Positions 34,526-43,913 of a stretch of DNA of 64,000 nucleotides are shown here, piece after piece. The stretch's first letter is position 1, and each line of letters opens with the position of its first letter. The notes beneath the pieces are model-generated. The model saw nothing but the letters and a program-made list of their open reading frames with translations, was not told the origin of the DNA and ran no database searches. Origin of the DNA: a virus; the IMG/VR virus record IMGVR_UViG_3300025769_014365, positions 1-64,000 of that record. One strand, written 5' to 3'. A program made the translations under genes and the position numbers.

Positions 34526-35813
34526 AATGTTGTTTAAGCCATTCAAAGTCATATGATAGCATTAATTTTTCGTTATCGCGATGATATTTTTGGTAGTATT
34601 CGTGGGCGTCATTGGCTCCTCGGAGACACCATTCAGAGTTTTTTCCTTCGGCCACATTCAGCCATTTTTTCAGTCTGTAGTTTGTTTCTACTGTGGGTTT
34701 TGATTGTTTCAACTTGACAACTTCTCTAAACGCTGTCCTCCAAGCAAGCCAGGGAGTTTCGTTGAAGTGATTGATAGCGGATAGAATAGGCACACGATCA
34801 TGCGGTGCCGATAGCGTGAAGTCTAAACCTGGATTGGTTGTCTGCATGACTAATTCTTTATTGTACAAAAGCACTGCGCCATGTCCATATTCCAGTCCGT
34901 TCACTGGATTTTTACAGTTGAAAATGTAGTGACAAGGATTTTTTAGCCTATTTGGCTGGAAGTCAAATTTGAAACTGTCTAAAATTTCAAGTTTAGGAAA
35001 CACGGCAAAAAAATAATCTGTTTCACTCATAGACGCCGCTGTCATGTAGGCTAGCGTTTGCCCTACAACATTTTTACACCATTTGGCTCTGGGATATTTT
35101 GATTTAAGAATTGAAAACCTCTGAGACGCACTGGGTTCATCGTAAGAAATGAATATTATGTCCATCTGTCTAGATTGGTAGTCAAGATCAAAGTGCACCA
35201 TTCTGTCTATGTCATGAAATTGCTTGATGTCCTTGCCCCCAGGAACCAACATTACATCGTTGGTATGTCCCCAACAGTAAAGTTTTTCATCGTCCCAAAA
35301 ACTGGGATAAAAGTTGGGCAATTCTAAATCTTTAAGATCTTTATTGACCATCCAATAGTAAAAAGCCGAAGCATCATTGTTGTATGCCTCCAATGGATTT
35401 CCTAGTTTGAAGTAAATCTTTCCTATAGGTCTCTGGAACAATGTGCTATGAGCATGGTAATTTATGTCTTTGTAATCCCTAAGAAATCTTATGTTGTGCA
35501 TCTGCTTTTTGAATTCTTCCGTGGGTATCAACATCACGTTCCCTTCTTTGTTCAATCCCCCTGACTTATGCGTTGTATACCAAACATGTATTTGACTCCT
35601 TTCATGTTTCTCTGGTATGAAATCTGTATCTATGTCTGTGATGTCTACGAAATTTGAAAAAAACCAAAAATGTTCAGTCTTTACATCATTCACCACGGCT
35701 TTCAATACCTCAAGATAGTTTTCAACAAATGGTACCTGTCTCGTGTTAGCAAATGGAGATGGTATGTGTTTAGTGTTTTTAAATCTTACCTGTATACTGT
35801 CGAATCCAGTCAT
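34494..35813 (-). CDS. Glycosyltransferase-like protein (C-terminal domain paralogous to 47323-48246)
   Basis: DIIFISYDEP, NPVNGLEYGHGAV, AWRTAFRE. Confidence 0.6.
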   Translation of the reverse strand: MTGFDSIQVRFKNTKHIPSPFANTRQVPFVENYLEVLKAVVNDVKTEHFWFFSNFVDITDIDTDFIPEKHERSQIHVWYTTHKSGGLNKEGNVMLIPTEEFKKQMHNIRFLRDYKDINYHAHSTLFQRPIGKIYFKLGNPLEAYNNDASAFYYWMVNKDLKDLELPNFYPSFWDDEKLYCWGHTNDVMLVPGGKDIKQFHDIDRMVHFDLDYQSRQMDIIFISYDEPSASQRFSILKSKYPRAKWCKNVVGQTLAYMTAASMSETDYFFAVFPKLEILDSFKFDFQPNRLKNPCHYIFNCKNPVNGLEYGHGAVLLYNKELVMQTTNPGLDFTLSAPHDRVPILSAINHFNETPWLAWRTAFREVVKLKQSKPTVETNYRLKKWLNVAEGKNSEWCLRGANDAHEYYQKYHRDNEKLMLSYDFEWLKQHYESKYENTVR

Positions 35814-36738
35814 GATAACTTTCTAGTCCCTGCCTTAGAGAGAATTTGGGTTCGTAGCCTAAAAGGTCCTTGGCCCTGCTGATGTCCAGTGTGCCACGCA
35901 ACGGATACAACTTGTGCATGCCAATGTCTTCCAGTTCCGACTTGCTTCCGGTTATGTCTACGATGGTCTCTGCCAGCGTCCTGAGACTGTTAGCGTTGCC
36001 CGCCGTCATGTTGAAACTGGTATTGGCTACTTCTGAGGTCGCGGCCTTGATTATGCCATAAGCGGCGTCCTGCCTGTACGTGAAGTCCACTTTGTTGTCT
36101 CCATTGTGTAGTGTGATGGTCTTGTTGTTCATAGCCTTGTCAAAGAACTTGGACACCACCCTGTCTGGCAGGTCTCCTGGCCCGTACACCCCACTGGGCC
36201 TGACTATCACGTAGTTGAGTCCATCACGTTTCGCGAAAAGTTTTGTGAGCCTCTCTCCTGTGAGCTTGGCCTCACCGTATATGTTGGTGGGCTTTGTGGT
36301 CGAGTCTTCACGTGTTCCGTCTATGAAGTCCCCGTACACCATGCTACTGCTGATGTACACGAATTTCTTTGTGCCGAACTTGGAAGCGTGCCATAATAAG
36401 TTTGTTGTCGTGTCAATGACCTTGGGTATGCCCAGTATGGGATCCTCATCCACTATCTTGGCACGTGGATACGTGGCCATGTGTATGACAATGTCTGGTT
36501 GCGCCTTGAAAGCCCTCAGGCACACATCGCGATCAAGCAGGTCACCGTTGATTATGGAAACGTTCTTGTGGTCCCAATTCCTGGTCCTCCAGGCTATCAG
36601 TTTGTTCAACTCCACAGTTGATATTATTCCGTATGTGTCTTTGTTGTCTACACATGTTATAAGATGTCCATCCTGTGATAATTTTTCTATGACTTTGGTT
36701 CCTATGAATCCCAGTCCGCCTGTTATCAAAAATTTCAT
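35779..36738 (-). CDS. NAD-dependent epimerase/dehydratase (extended SDR)
   Basis: LITGGLGFIG, SSSMVYG, YGEAK, VYGPG, DFTY. Confidence 0.92.
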   Translation of the reverse strand: MKFLITGGLGFIGTKVIEKLSQDGHLITCVDNKDTYGIISTVELNKLIAWRTRNWDHKNVSIINGDLLDRDVCLRAFKAQPDIVIHMATYPRAKIVDEDPILGIPKVIDTTTNLLWHASKFGTKKFVYISSSMVYGDFIDGTREDSTTKPTNIYGEAKLTGERLTKLFAKRDGLNYVIVRPSGVYGPGDLPDRVVSKFFDKAMNNKTITLHNGDNKVDFTYRQDAAYGIIKAATSEVANTSFNMTAGNANSLRTLAETIVDITGSKSELEDIGMHKLYPLRGTLDISRAKDLLGYEPKFSLRQGLESYHDWIRQYTGKI

Positions 36739-36887
36739 TAAAATTCCTTCTTTACACCAACGGTTGGGTTTTCAACACAACTGTCTGTGATTTCCTTCAT
36801 TGTTCCTTTTTCTAAATTCACACTACAGGTTGCCGATGGTTTGATCCCGCAACCTACCACTAATACTAACACAATTAGATATCTCAT
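36738..36887 (-). CDS. 49-aa lipoprotein (not in ORF track)
   Basis: MRYLIVLVLVVGCGIKPSATCSVNLEKGTMKEITDSCVENPTVGVKKEF; lipobox-like VVGC; ATGA and TAATG overlaps with both neighbours. Confidence 0.7.
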   Translation of the reverse strand: MRYLIVLVLVVGCGIKPSATCSVNLEKGTMKEITDSCVENPTVGVKKEF

Positions 36888-38356
36888 CCTAGTACTTTAA
36901 CTCCGTACTTGTTGGTAAATGCTCGACCGTCCTCCCTGTCATTGACTATCGGCTGTCCTTTTATGTTGAGACTGGTGTTGAGCAGTATGGGACACCCGGT
37001 CTGTCGTTTCCATTCTGTGAGCAGTGCGTGGAACCCTGGATTGTCCGTCTTACGCACGGTTTGAACCCTGGAAGTGTGATCATGGTGTATTATAGCAGGA
37101 AACTCTTTACCATGCGTACACGCCGCTGTAAACTGCATATAAGGGGTGTTTTTGACGGCTTTAGGCAGGGTAAAATACTGGTGTACATCCTCTTCTAATA
37201 TGGCTGGTGCGAATGGTCTGAATTGCTGTCTCTTCTTTATGGAATTAACCAGATCCTTGATGTCCTCACCCCTGGGGTCGGCCAGCAGTGATCTATTACC
37301 AAGTGCTCGTGGACCAAACTCTGCCCTACCACTGGCCACACCCACCATCCGGTTTTCCTTAAGTTCTTTTATCAGACTGTCCACGGGATATTCACCTTCT
37401 ATGTTGTGTCCTAGGAACGGATGCTCCCAATTCAAGTGGGATTTCTGGTGTGCGGCTATACACCCTAGGCTTGACCCCGCATCACCGGGATTGGGTATGA
37501 TCCATATGTTGTCAAACAGGCCCATGTTTGCCAATACTCTGTTTGCGGCACAGTTCAGTGCCACTCCTCCGGCATACACCAGATTACGTGATCCGTATCG
37601 GCTGGCCCTGGCCCATAAGTCTGCCAGGCATTCTTCCGTGACCTCCTGTATGCTGGCCGCTATGTCCATCACATCGGCCTCCGGGTGCCAGTCATTCAAT
37701 CCTCTGTGTAAATTTTTCTTCAAACTGAACGGTGATTGGTTCACGAAATCGTTGTATATGTCTTCCTTGTATTTTGGCTTGCCATATGCGGCCATGCCCA
37801 TTAGGATGTATTCCTCTTCCGCAGGTTTGAGTCCACAACGATGTGTGAACGCACTGTAGAGTATTCCTATGCTGTGCGGATACTTGATGGTCTCTTTCCT
37901 TTCGATCCATACCTTGTCTGCTGTGGATATAGACACGGTGTCCCACTCTCCTATGGCGTCCACGGTCAGTATCGTGGCCCCTTCGTCCCGGAACGGTGAA
38001 GTGAAGTAGCCCGCCGCCGCGTGTGAGTCATGGTGCTGGACGTACTCGTCTATCTTTATGCCGAAGTGATCCAAGTGCCACTGTGGCATCTCTGTGTAGC
38101 TCATGGCAAGTCCATACTGTCCCGCGTAGAACTGCCTGGTCTTTTTTACCAATGGCTTCTCGTAGTACACCACCTTGTCGAAAGGTCCAAAGGTACGTGC
38201 CTCGTCCACGATCCTCTGGTTGAGGTAGTGATCGTTCTTGACCTTGCTGTATCTCTCTGCGTGTGCGGCCCACAGGATCTCTCCTATGCCGGAACTGTAG
38301 TCAACTACCGCCATGGCGGCATCATGATTCATGCAGTTGATGCCTAGTATTTTCAA
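36884..38356 (-). CDS. Carbamoyltransferase (NodU/CmcH/TobZ family)
   Basis: HDAAMA, ERYSKVK, HHDSHAA, DAIGE, MGMAAYG, GGVALNC, GDAGSSLG, EFGPRALGNRS, RPFAP, LNTSLN. TTG start at 38356 after GGAGG. Confidence 0.95.
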   Translation of the reverse strand: MKILGINCMNHDAAMAVVDYSSGIGEILWAAHAERYSKVKNDHYLNQRIVDEARTFGPFDKVVYYEKPLVKKTRQFYAGQYGLAMSYTEMPQWHLDHFGIKIDEYVQHHDSHAAAGYFTSPFRDEGATILTVDAIGEWDTVSISTADKVWIERKETIKYPHSIGILYSAFTHRCGLKPAEEEYILMGMAAYGKPKYKEDIYNDFVNQSPFSLKKNLHRGLNDWHPEADVMDIAASIQEVTEECLADLWARASRYGSRNLVYAGGVALNCAANRVLANMGLFDNIWIIPNPGDAGSSLGCIAAHQKSHLNWEHPFLGHNIEGEYPVDSLIKELKENRMVGVASGRAEFGPRALGNRSLLADPRGEDIKDLVNSIKKRQQFRPFAPAILEEDVHQYFTLPKAVKNTPYMQFTAACTHGKEFPAIIHHDHTSRVQTVRKTDNPGFHALLTEWKRQTGCPILLNTSLNIKGQPIVNDREDGRAFTNKYGVKVLG

Positions 38357-38676
38357 TGATTCCTCCTGCCGTCGAACACACAAAGGAAATGCAGTCCATC
38401 TGCTCCTGTTTCCACCCTATGGTGCACTCCGTCCTCGATTAGCACCACATCTCCGGCGTGTACATCATGCGGTTTATCATCGAGATATATTTTACCAGAT
38501 CCTTTCACAAAGTAATAGACTTCTTCCTGTCCTGCATGTTTGTGCCCCGAAGTACTTTTGTGGGGATTTAATTCTGTGGTGCTGACAACAAGATTCTTGA
38601 GGTGCGTGTTGTCCTTGACCACGTATCGTTCATCCTGTTTTACTATGTCACCTATGTTCTCTAGATTTATCTTCAT
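38353..38676 (-). CDS. Cupin-domain protein
   Basis: GHKHAGQEEVYYFVKG and GVHHRV; start ATG 38676. Confidence 0.85.
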   Translation of the reverse strand: MKINLENIGDIVKQDERYVVKDNTHLKNLVVSTTELNPHKSTSGHKHAGQEEVYYFVKGSGKIYLDDKPHDVHAGDVVLIEDGVHHRVETGADGLHFLCVFDGRRNH

Positions 38677-39236
38677 GCTATCTTCAATGCCTCTTTGGTC
38701 TTCTCCAGGTATTTCTCCCACTGCTCTAGCGTGATGTCGTACTCGAAGTTCTGTGTGTGTTCATTCTTCCTCAACAACTTGGCTCCGTTCTTGATGTGGA
38801 ACCGTTCCGCCATCTCTGTGAGTGGACTAAGGGTGATCAATCTTTCTATGTGATGTTCCCTCTTGAATTTCTTATATACTTCGTTCAATATATGTTTGCC
38901 GCCACCCTTCTTTCGTGCCCACACAGTGTAGGCTATGGCTATCCTGCCCACCAGGCCACCACGCAGTATGCTCTGGTTGTAGGCGTCATGCGACATCAAC
39001 GCCATCTCCTCCACGGATGCTGGCACGTCGTTGGTGAACGCTAGACATATGATCGCCGCAATTTCTCCCGCCTCGTCTCTTAACCCTAGTATTCTCTTGC
39101 CATCACTAATTCGGAAATCAACAGAAAGTTCTGGACGCACGGGATCCTCTGTGATGTCTATGTGTTCTAGATCCACAAGCTCAAATCGTGGATTGCGTGT
39201 GAACAGATCTTTTAACTTCTGTTTGATCTTTTCCAT
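38673..39236 (-). CDS. GNAT-like hypothetical protein
   Basis: YTVWARKKGGGK acetyl-CoA-loop-like motif; AERFHIKNGA. Confidence 0.55.
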   Translation of the reverse strand: MEKIKQKLKDLFTRNPRFELVDLEHIDITEDPVRPELSVDFRISDGKRILGLRDEAGEIAAIICLAFTNDVPASVEEMALMSHDAYNQSILRGGLVGRIAIAYTVWARKKGGGKHILNEVYKKFKREHHIERLITLSPLTEMAERFHIKNGAKLLRKNEHTQNFEYDITLEQWEKYLEKTKEALKIA

Positions 39237-39239
39237 GTG

Positions 39240-39344
39240 TTATTTGTATATGAAAGGATCCTTCTTCTTGAGTTCTTTCAATCTCTTCCTATACCGGATC
39301 TCTTCTCTGACCTTGTTCCACATCCTTTTAAACCATCTGATCAT
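39240..39344 (-). CDS. 34-aa basic peptide ending DPFIYK (not in ORF track)
   Basis: MIRWFKRMWNKVREEIRYRKRLKELKKKDPFIYK; GGAGG RBS; ATGA overlap. Confidence 0.7.
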   Translation of the reverse strand: MIRWFKRMWNKVREEIRYRKRLKELKKKDPFIYK

Positions 39345-40138
39345 CTTTGTCCTCCTGTTATTTTTTCAAAAGTTGGTAACATTAATTTTACAGCATCTGA
39401 GTGTGCTTGGTCAAGCGGATGTGTTGTGGCACGTTCATAATCGTTTAACAGTGCCCATTGGTTGAATCCCATCATCCTGTCCCCAAAAGAGTACCATTTG
39501 TCAAGATCTATCTCGGTATGAAGTGCGTTCATCAATCCATCCATCTCCTTGTGGTGTGTAAACTTGTTGTAGAAAAGTGTGTTGTCAGCCAACGTGAAAA
39601 AGAATGGTATTCTTTTCTTCTCCAATATATTCTGTAGCCACGTGATCGATTTCCAACTGAGGTAAATCTCATGATACTCGTTGGCCGCATATTTGTACAG
39701 GCTATCTGCGAAATCACGCACACCAGTTTTTAACATACTATCTGTCCTCTTCTCCCAGATCTCCTGTTGTATTTGTGACTTGGCCAATTTGTCCATGGCT
39801 TCATCATGTCCTGCCCTAGTGTCCCATGGCGACACAGAAACCCATCTATCACGTCCCAACATCTTGTGTTCTGGCATCGCCCAGTCATACCTAGATGGGA
39901 AACTCCACATCACAGCCACCGCACCTATGTCTTGTGTATCGTGCACGGCAGTGAAAACACGCCTGGCTATGGCCTGATTGCCCAATCCTCCAACAGCAGT
40001 GCACACGTACTCCATGCCTGCGTGTTCACACAAGCGATGTGCCCAAGTTTTGCGTGATGGTGTGTTGCCGTTCACATCGTCACTAAGCTCATTGCCAAAC
40101 GTGAAACTGCAACCACCTGCTATAAATTTCTTATTCAT
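39341..40138 (-). CDS. SGNH/GDSL-hydrolase-like protein
   Basis: FIAGGCSFTFG, TW, GLGN, VMWS..SR, C-terminal HP...H. Confidence 0.65.
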   Translation of the reverse strand: MNKKFIAGGCSFTFGNELSDDVNGNTPSRKTWAHRLCEHAGMEYVCTAVGGLGNQAIARRVFTAVHDTQDIGAVAVMWSFPSRYDWAMPEHKMLGRDRWVSVSPWDTRAGHDEAMDKLAKSQIQQEIWEKRTDSMLKTGVRDFADSLYKYAANEYHEIYLSWKSITWLQNILEKKRIPFFFTLADNTLFYNKFTHHKEMDGLMNALHTEIDLDKWYSFGDRMMGFNQWALLNDYERATTHPLDQAHSDAVKLMLPTFEKITGGQR

Positions 40139-41297
40139 ATATTCTTAAAACCTTATTTAAAAGGGGAAACATGTCTCCAAAATTTTCATTTCTGTACCTA
40201 TCTGTCTGCAGTATGCGTGCCTTCCTCTGTTCTCTGAGCTCGGGGGTGTCCCTGTCCGCCGCGTTCATGAAACGTATGCTGGGCTGGTAGTCAGTCAGCA
40301 TGTGATATCTATCTGTAACAATCTCCTTGACCTGCCGCGGCAGTGTCTGTATGTTGAAAACGTCAGGATCAAAACAAGTGTTGACGTAAAAGAATTTGGG
40401 CTGGTACTGTGCGACCCACAAAGCCATTTTGGCCCAGTTGAACACGTTGAATATCGATACTGTTGAACATATCTGGAAGTCCATGTTGTCTGTTTTCATT
40501 TCTTTGAATTTAACCAGATTTTGATTCACTTCCCTCCACTTGGCAGGATGTCTCTGGTACTCGAAAGGTGCCCCAACGTCGTCAATGCTGAACGCCACTT
40601 CCACGTGTTTGAAATAACTCCACAGGTCAAATATTTCCTGTGGTGGTAACTGCGTGCCGTTGGTGTTGTAGTGTATGTCTATTTTCTTGGCGTATCCTTT
40701 CTCAACACAGTGCATCAAGATCTTGAAGTGATCTTTGATCATGAACGGTTCTCCTCCTGTGAACTCGAAATACTCCACGTGCTTGAGATCTTCCTGCAGG
40801 TCCTCGAAGAACTGTGGGTTACGCTTGGGCCATCCGCCCTCTTTTAAATTTTGCCTTGCTACGGGATTCTCACCGTAGTCCAATTCCTCCTGGGCCCATT
40901 TCGAAGAACTCCAAGATCCACATATCCTACACTTGAGGTTACACACGTTGCCCAACTTAAAGTCAATGAACTTCAGCGTTGGCTCGCTATCGGGTGTCCA
41001 GCCCGTCAGGCTCTTCTGCATCTTGTATATGCTGTTCTGTCTCTTGGACGTCTTGCCCGCGTCCTCCTCCTGCCAACAGCTCTGGCAACCTGCCGGGCGT
41101 TCTCCTTTACGGAACTGTTCGCGGAGATCGGTCATGTATGCCGTGTCCTGTATGGATTTGAGGCTCTGTTTATACACCTTCACGCCAGGCACACTGCCTT
41201 TGTACAGACAACACGGAGATGCGCCTCCATTAACATCCACTTCCAGGTGCGTCCATGGCAACGGGCACACGTTTGATTTTATATACTTGTCCACCAT
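40131..41297 (-). CDS. Radical SAM protein with N-terminal twitch/SPASM-like Cys cluster
   Basis: CPLPW...PCC...CQSC, then CNLKCRIC, TGGEP, YNTNG. Confidence 0.9.
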   Translation of the reverse strand: MVDKYIKSNVCPLPWTHLEVDVNGGASPCCLYKGSVPGVKVYKQSLKSIQDTAYMTDLREQFRKGERPAGCQSCWQEEDAGKTSKRQNSIYKMQKSLTGWTPDSEPTLKFIDFKLGNVCNLKCRICGSWSSSKWAQEELDYGENPVARQNLKEGGWPKRNPQFFEDLQEDLKHVEYFEFTGGEPFMIKDHFKILMHCVEKGYAKKIDIHYNTNGTQLPPQEIFDLWSYFKHVEVAFSIDDVGAPFEYQRHPAKWREVNQNLVKFKEMKTDNMDFQICSTVSIFNVFNWAKMALWVAQYQPKFFYVNTCFDPDVFNIQTLPRQVKEIVTDRYHMLTDYQPSIRFMNAADRDTPELREQRKARILQTDRYRNENFGDMFPLLNKVLRIYE

Positions 41298-42643
41298 TCC
41301 AATGCTTTCTTGTTCTTGCGCAATATTTTCTTTATGTCTGTGCCACGTATGCGATCTAGCCTTTCGATCTCTGCCTTGCCGTCCTTTTGACCTTTCTTGT
41401 ACACACCCTCGTCATAGACTAGTTCATTGTTCCTCTTCTGTCTCTGCATCTCATCCAACTGTGAGAAGAAATTGTTCAAATTCTTATTCTTGTATTTGAT
41501 CGTTTTCTCCCTCACGTCGTCTATGATCTCACTCATGATGTCGTACGGCATGAACAACGGTGCCATGGCATTGTCCTCTGAGAAGTTGAAGACCTGCTTG
41601 GTCAGGAGTTCTATATCCAGTTCATTGCTGAGCAAAACCATGTTTTCAAGATCAAACAATCCTGGCATGGTTATCGTGAGGTCCAACTGTATCCGCTGAT
41701 GCTGGCCTTTTACATACTTCAAACCATACCTCATGTTTTCTAACCATTCCGAGTACTTCAATCCTGTCCTGATGTACTCTCCCACCTGCCCTGTACCGTC
41801 AATGGACGCACAGATCTGGAATTGTGGATAGTGTTTCAGTATGTCATCAAACAAGTTTTTACCATAGAAGTTTATTCGGCTCATGTTGGAATTATATCTG
41901 GCCAGCACCCTGTCTGAGTATCCTAGTTCTTTGATCCGCTCCATTGCTGTCCAGTGTATTTTCCACATTAATGGCTCTCCTCCACACCAGTACAACTCCG
42001 TGATCCTTTTTTGCTCAACCGCTGACGTGAACTCTTTGACCACTTGCTGATCATGAAATCTTTCTAATTTTTCTTTTATGTCTTTCCTACCCCATATCCT
42101 GTGGTTCTTGTAAACGTACTCTGGGTCGATTTGCACTCCCTCCACGCCCAGACCGTGCTTCTTGTTCTCGGCCTCCCACGTACTGCTCAACATGTCACCA
42201 CACATCCTACAACTGAAGTTACAGAGATTAGAGAAACGATAATCAAAACTCTGCACCTTCATGCTCGTCGCACCAGTATCATCCGTAGTGTCAAACGCTT
42301 CGTCCACTTTGTGCCTGTACAAGTGGTTGAAGTGTTGCCTGTACACTTGTTCGTTCAACAACTTGTCATTGCACACAGCACACTGAGGTATCTCCTCTCC
42401 TGCGAGCAACTTCTGTCTCACACTCCTCATGTATGGCGAGTTCCAATGCTCGTCGAGTGTTGATAGATTGAGGGTATCGTTGTGCCCCGAGGGATCCATG
42501 GTGTCAATGTACTGTTTGAAGTTTGTCGATGATTCCCTAGAACTGCAACACAGTCTTCTTTCCATCTGCGGAGACAGGTATGTGTGGGTCCACGGCGCCA
42601 TGCAGAAGGTCTTGTTGCCTTCTGAAGGTTTAATCCGTTTCAT
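41279..42643 (-). CDS. Radical SAM protein with N-terminal twitch/SPASM-like Cys cluster
   Basis: CMAPW...LCC...CAVC, then CNFSCRMC, GGEP, ASIDG. Confidence 0.9.
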   Translation of the reverse strand: MKRIKPSEGNKTFCMAPWTHTYLSPQMERRLCCSSRESSTNFKQYIDTMDPSGHNDTLNLSTLDEHWNSPYMRSVRQKLLAGEEIPQCAVCNDKLLNEQVYRQHFNHLYRHKVDEAFDTTDDTGATSMKVQSFDYRFSNLCNFSCRMCGDMLSSTWEAENKKHGLGVEGVQIDPEYVYKNHRIWGRKDIKEKLERFHDQQVVKEFTSAVEQKRITELYWCGGEPLMWKIHWTAMERIKELGYSDRVLARYNSNMSRINFYGKNLFDDILKHYPQFQICASIDGTGQVGEYIRTGLKYSEWLENMRYGLKYVKGQHQRIQLDLTITMPGLFDLENMVLLSNELDIELLTKQVFNFSEDNAMAPLFMPYDIMSEIIDDVREKTIKYKNKNLNNFFSQLDEMQRQKRNNELVYDEGVYKKGQKDGKAEIERLDRIRGTDIKKILRKNKKALEWWTSI

Positions 42644-43913
42644 ACAATTCCTTCAATTCTGGAAAGGTATCCAGCATGTCCTCGTCTCGGATGTCATCTA
42701 GCCTTTTCATCCAGCTCTTGAACTGATCTATGTGCTCATAGTTGTCCCTGCGCATCATGTAATCTATTCCTGACTGGAAACCCTTCGTGGCCCTTGTTAG
42801 TGGATCCAGGGGTGCCAGCCATTCCAAGTGCTTCTCTATCTTGGCCTTGATTTTCTCTTTGTATGACAGAGGGGCAAGGTCTATCCTCTGCCCAAAAGGA
42901 GACTGCAACAGATTGAAATTGAAATCCTGTGGTTTGAGCAGACCCATGTCCACCCAGTTCCTGTGGAAGTCAGTTATGTGCCAGGCATTGATAAGTCCCA
43001 CAGTGGAACTGATGTAGAAGTCCACCTGCGGACACACTTCCAACATCCTTTTCCTGTTGGCCACCACGTCCTCCCATACTGTGCCTTTCCTCATGAGTTC
43101 TGCACGTTTTCCTTCCGCGTCTAGGCTCGCACCTATAGAGACCGTGTCAAACTTTTTCCACAATTCTAGCACGTCCATGTCCTTGAACTTTGTCTTGGTG
43201 AAATTGGTGTTGTATATCAGTCTCACGTGATACATCTTTCTCTTGTCCAGTTCTTTCAGTATCCTGTAGTGTTCCTCCATTATCAAAGGTTCACCACCTG
43301 CGAAATAGAACTGTTCCACGTGATCGAACTGTGCCAACATCTGTTGCCATATGTCATCGGAATTTCTGCCAACACGCAATATCTTGGCATGTTTTGGAGG
43401 TTCACCCGCCAGTTTCTTATGGTCCTCGTACCAGTTTGAACTGAACCATGTGCCACAACTCCTGCAGGCCAGGTTACACAGGTTGCTGAATCGTATGTCC
43501 CAATACTTGATAACGAAGTCTGCGCTTCCGTCCTCCTTGGTGTTGTCCACCATTCCTATGTTGTGTCCAAAATGCTTGTTGGAACTCATACGTAGACTGA
43601 AGAATCCTGACTTCTCTTGATCATAACACTTAGTGCAGTTCTTACTCGGTTTGTTTGACAGCATGTTCTGTCTCAACTGCCTCATGTCTTTGCCATTGAA
43701 TACCGTCTCCATGGAATCTTCGTTGAGGTTGCCAACTGGGTATTCGTCTATGGCGAAACAACAGGGATAGGCCCGTCCATCGGGGAAGGCATGAAGATGC
43801 AACCATGGCATCATGCAGAACGTTTCACTGTCTATCAACAGCTCGCGCTGTCTGTCGGTCATGTCTTTTATTTTTAACTTCTCGGGCTCTTTGGCCCCAT
43901 AATCATATGCCAC
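42630..43913 (-). CDS. Radical SAM protein with N-terminal twitch/SPASM-like Cys cluster
   Basis: CMMPW...PCC..GNL...CTKC, then CNLACRSC, AGGEP, ASLD. Confidence 0.9.
   Translation of the reverse strand: MAYDYGAKEPEKLKIKDMTDRQRELLIDSETFCMMPWLHLHAFPDGRAYPCCFAIDEYPVGNLNEDSMETVFNGKDMRQLRQNMLSNKPSKNCTKCYDQEKSGFFSLRMSSNKHFGHNIGMVDNTKEDGSADFVIKYWDIRFSNLCNLACRSCGTWFSSNWYEDHKKLAGEPPKHAKILRVGRNSDDIWQQMLAQFDHVEQFYFAGGEPLIMEEHYRILKELDKRKMYHVRLIYNTNFTKTKFKDMDVLELWKKFDTVSIGASLDAEGKRAELMRKGTVWEDVVANRKRMLEVCPQVDFYISSTVGLINAWHITDFHRNWVDMGLLKPQDFNFNLLQSPFGQRIDLAPLSYKEKIKAKIEKHLEWLAPLDPLTRATKGFQSGIDYMMRRDNYEHIDQFKSWMKRLDDIRDEDMLDTFPELKELYETD

Noticed and set aside
36884-40138. Saxitoxin or antibiotic biosynthesis cluster
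   Set aside because: Only the generic carbamoyltransferase module is similar; no sxtA/sxtG, PKS or NRPS genes.
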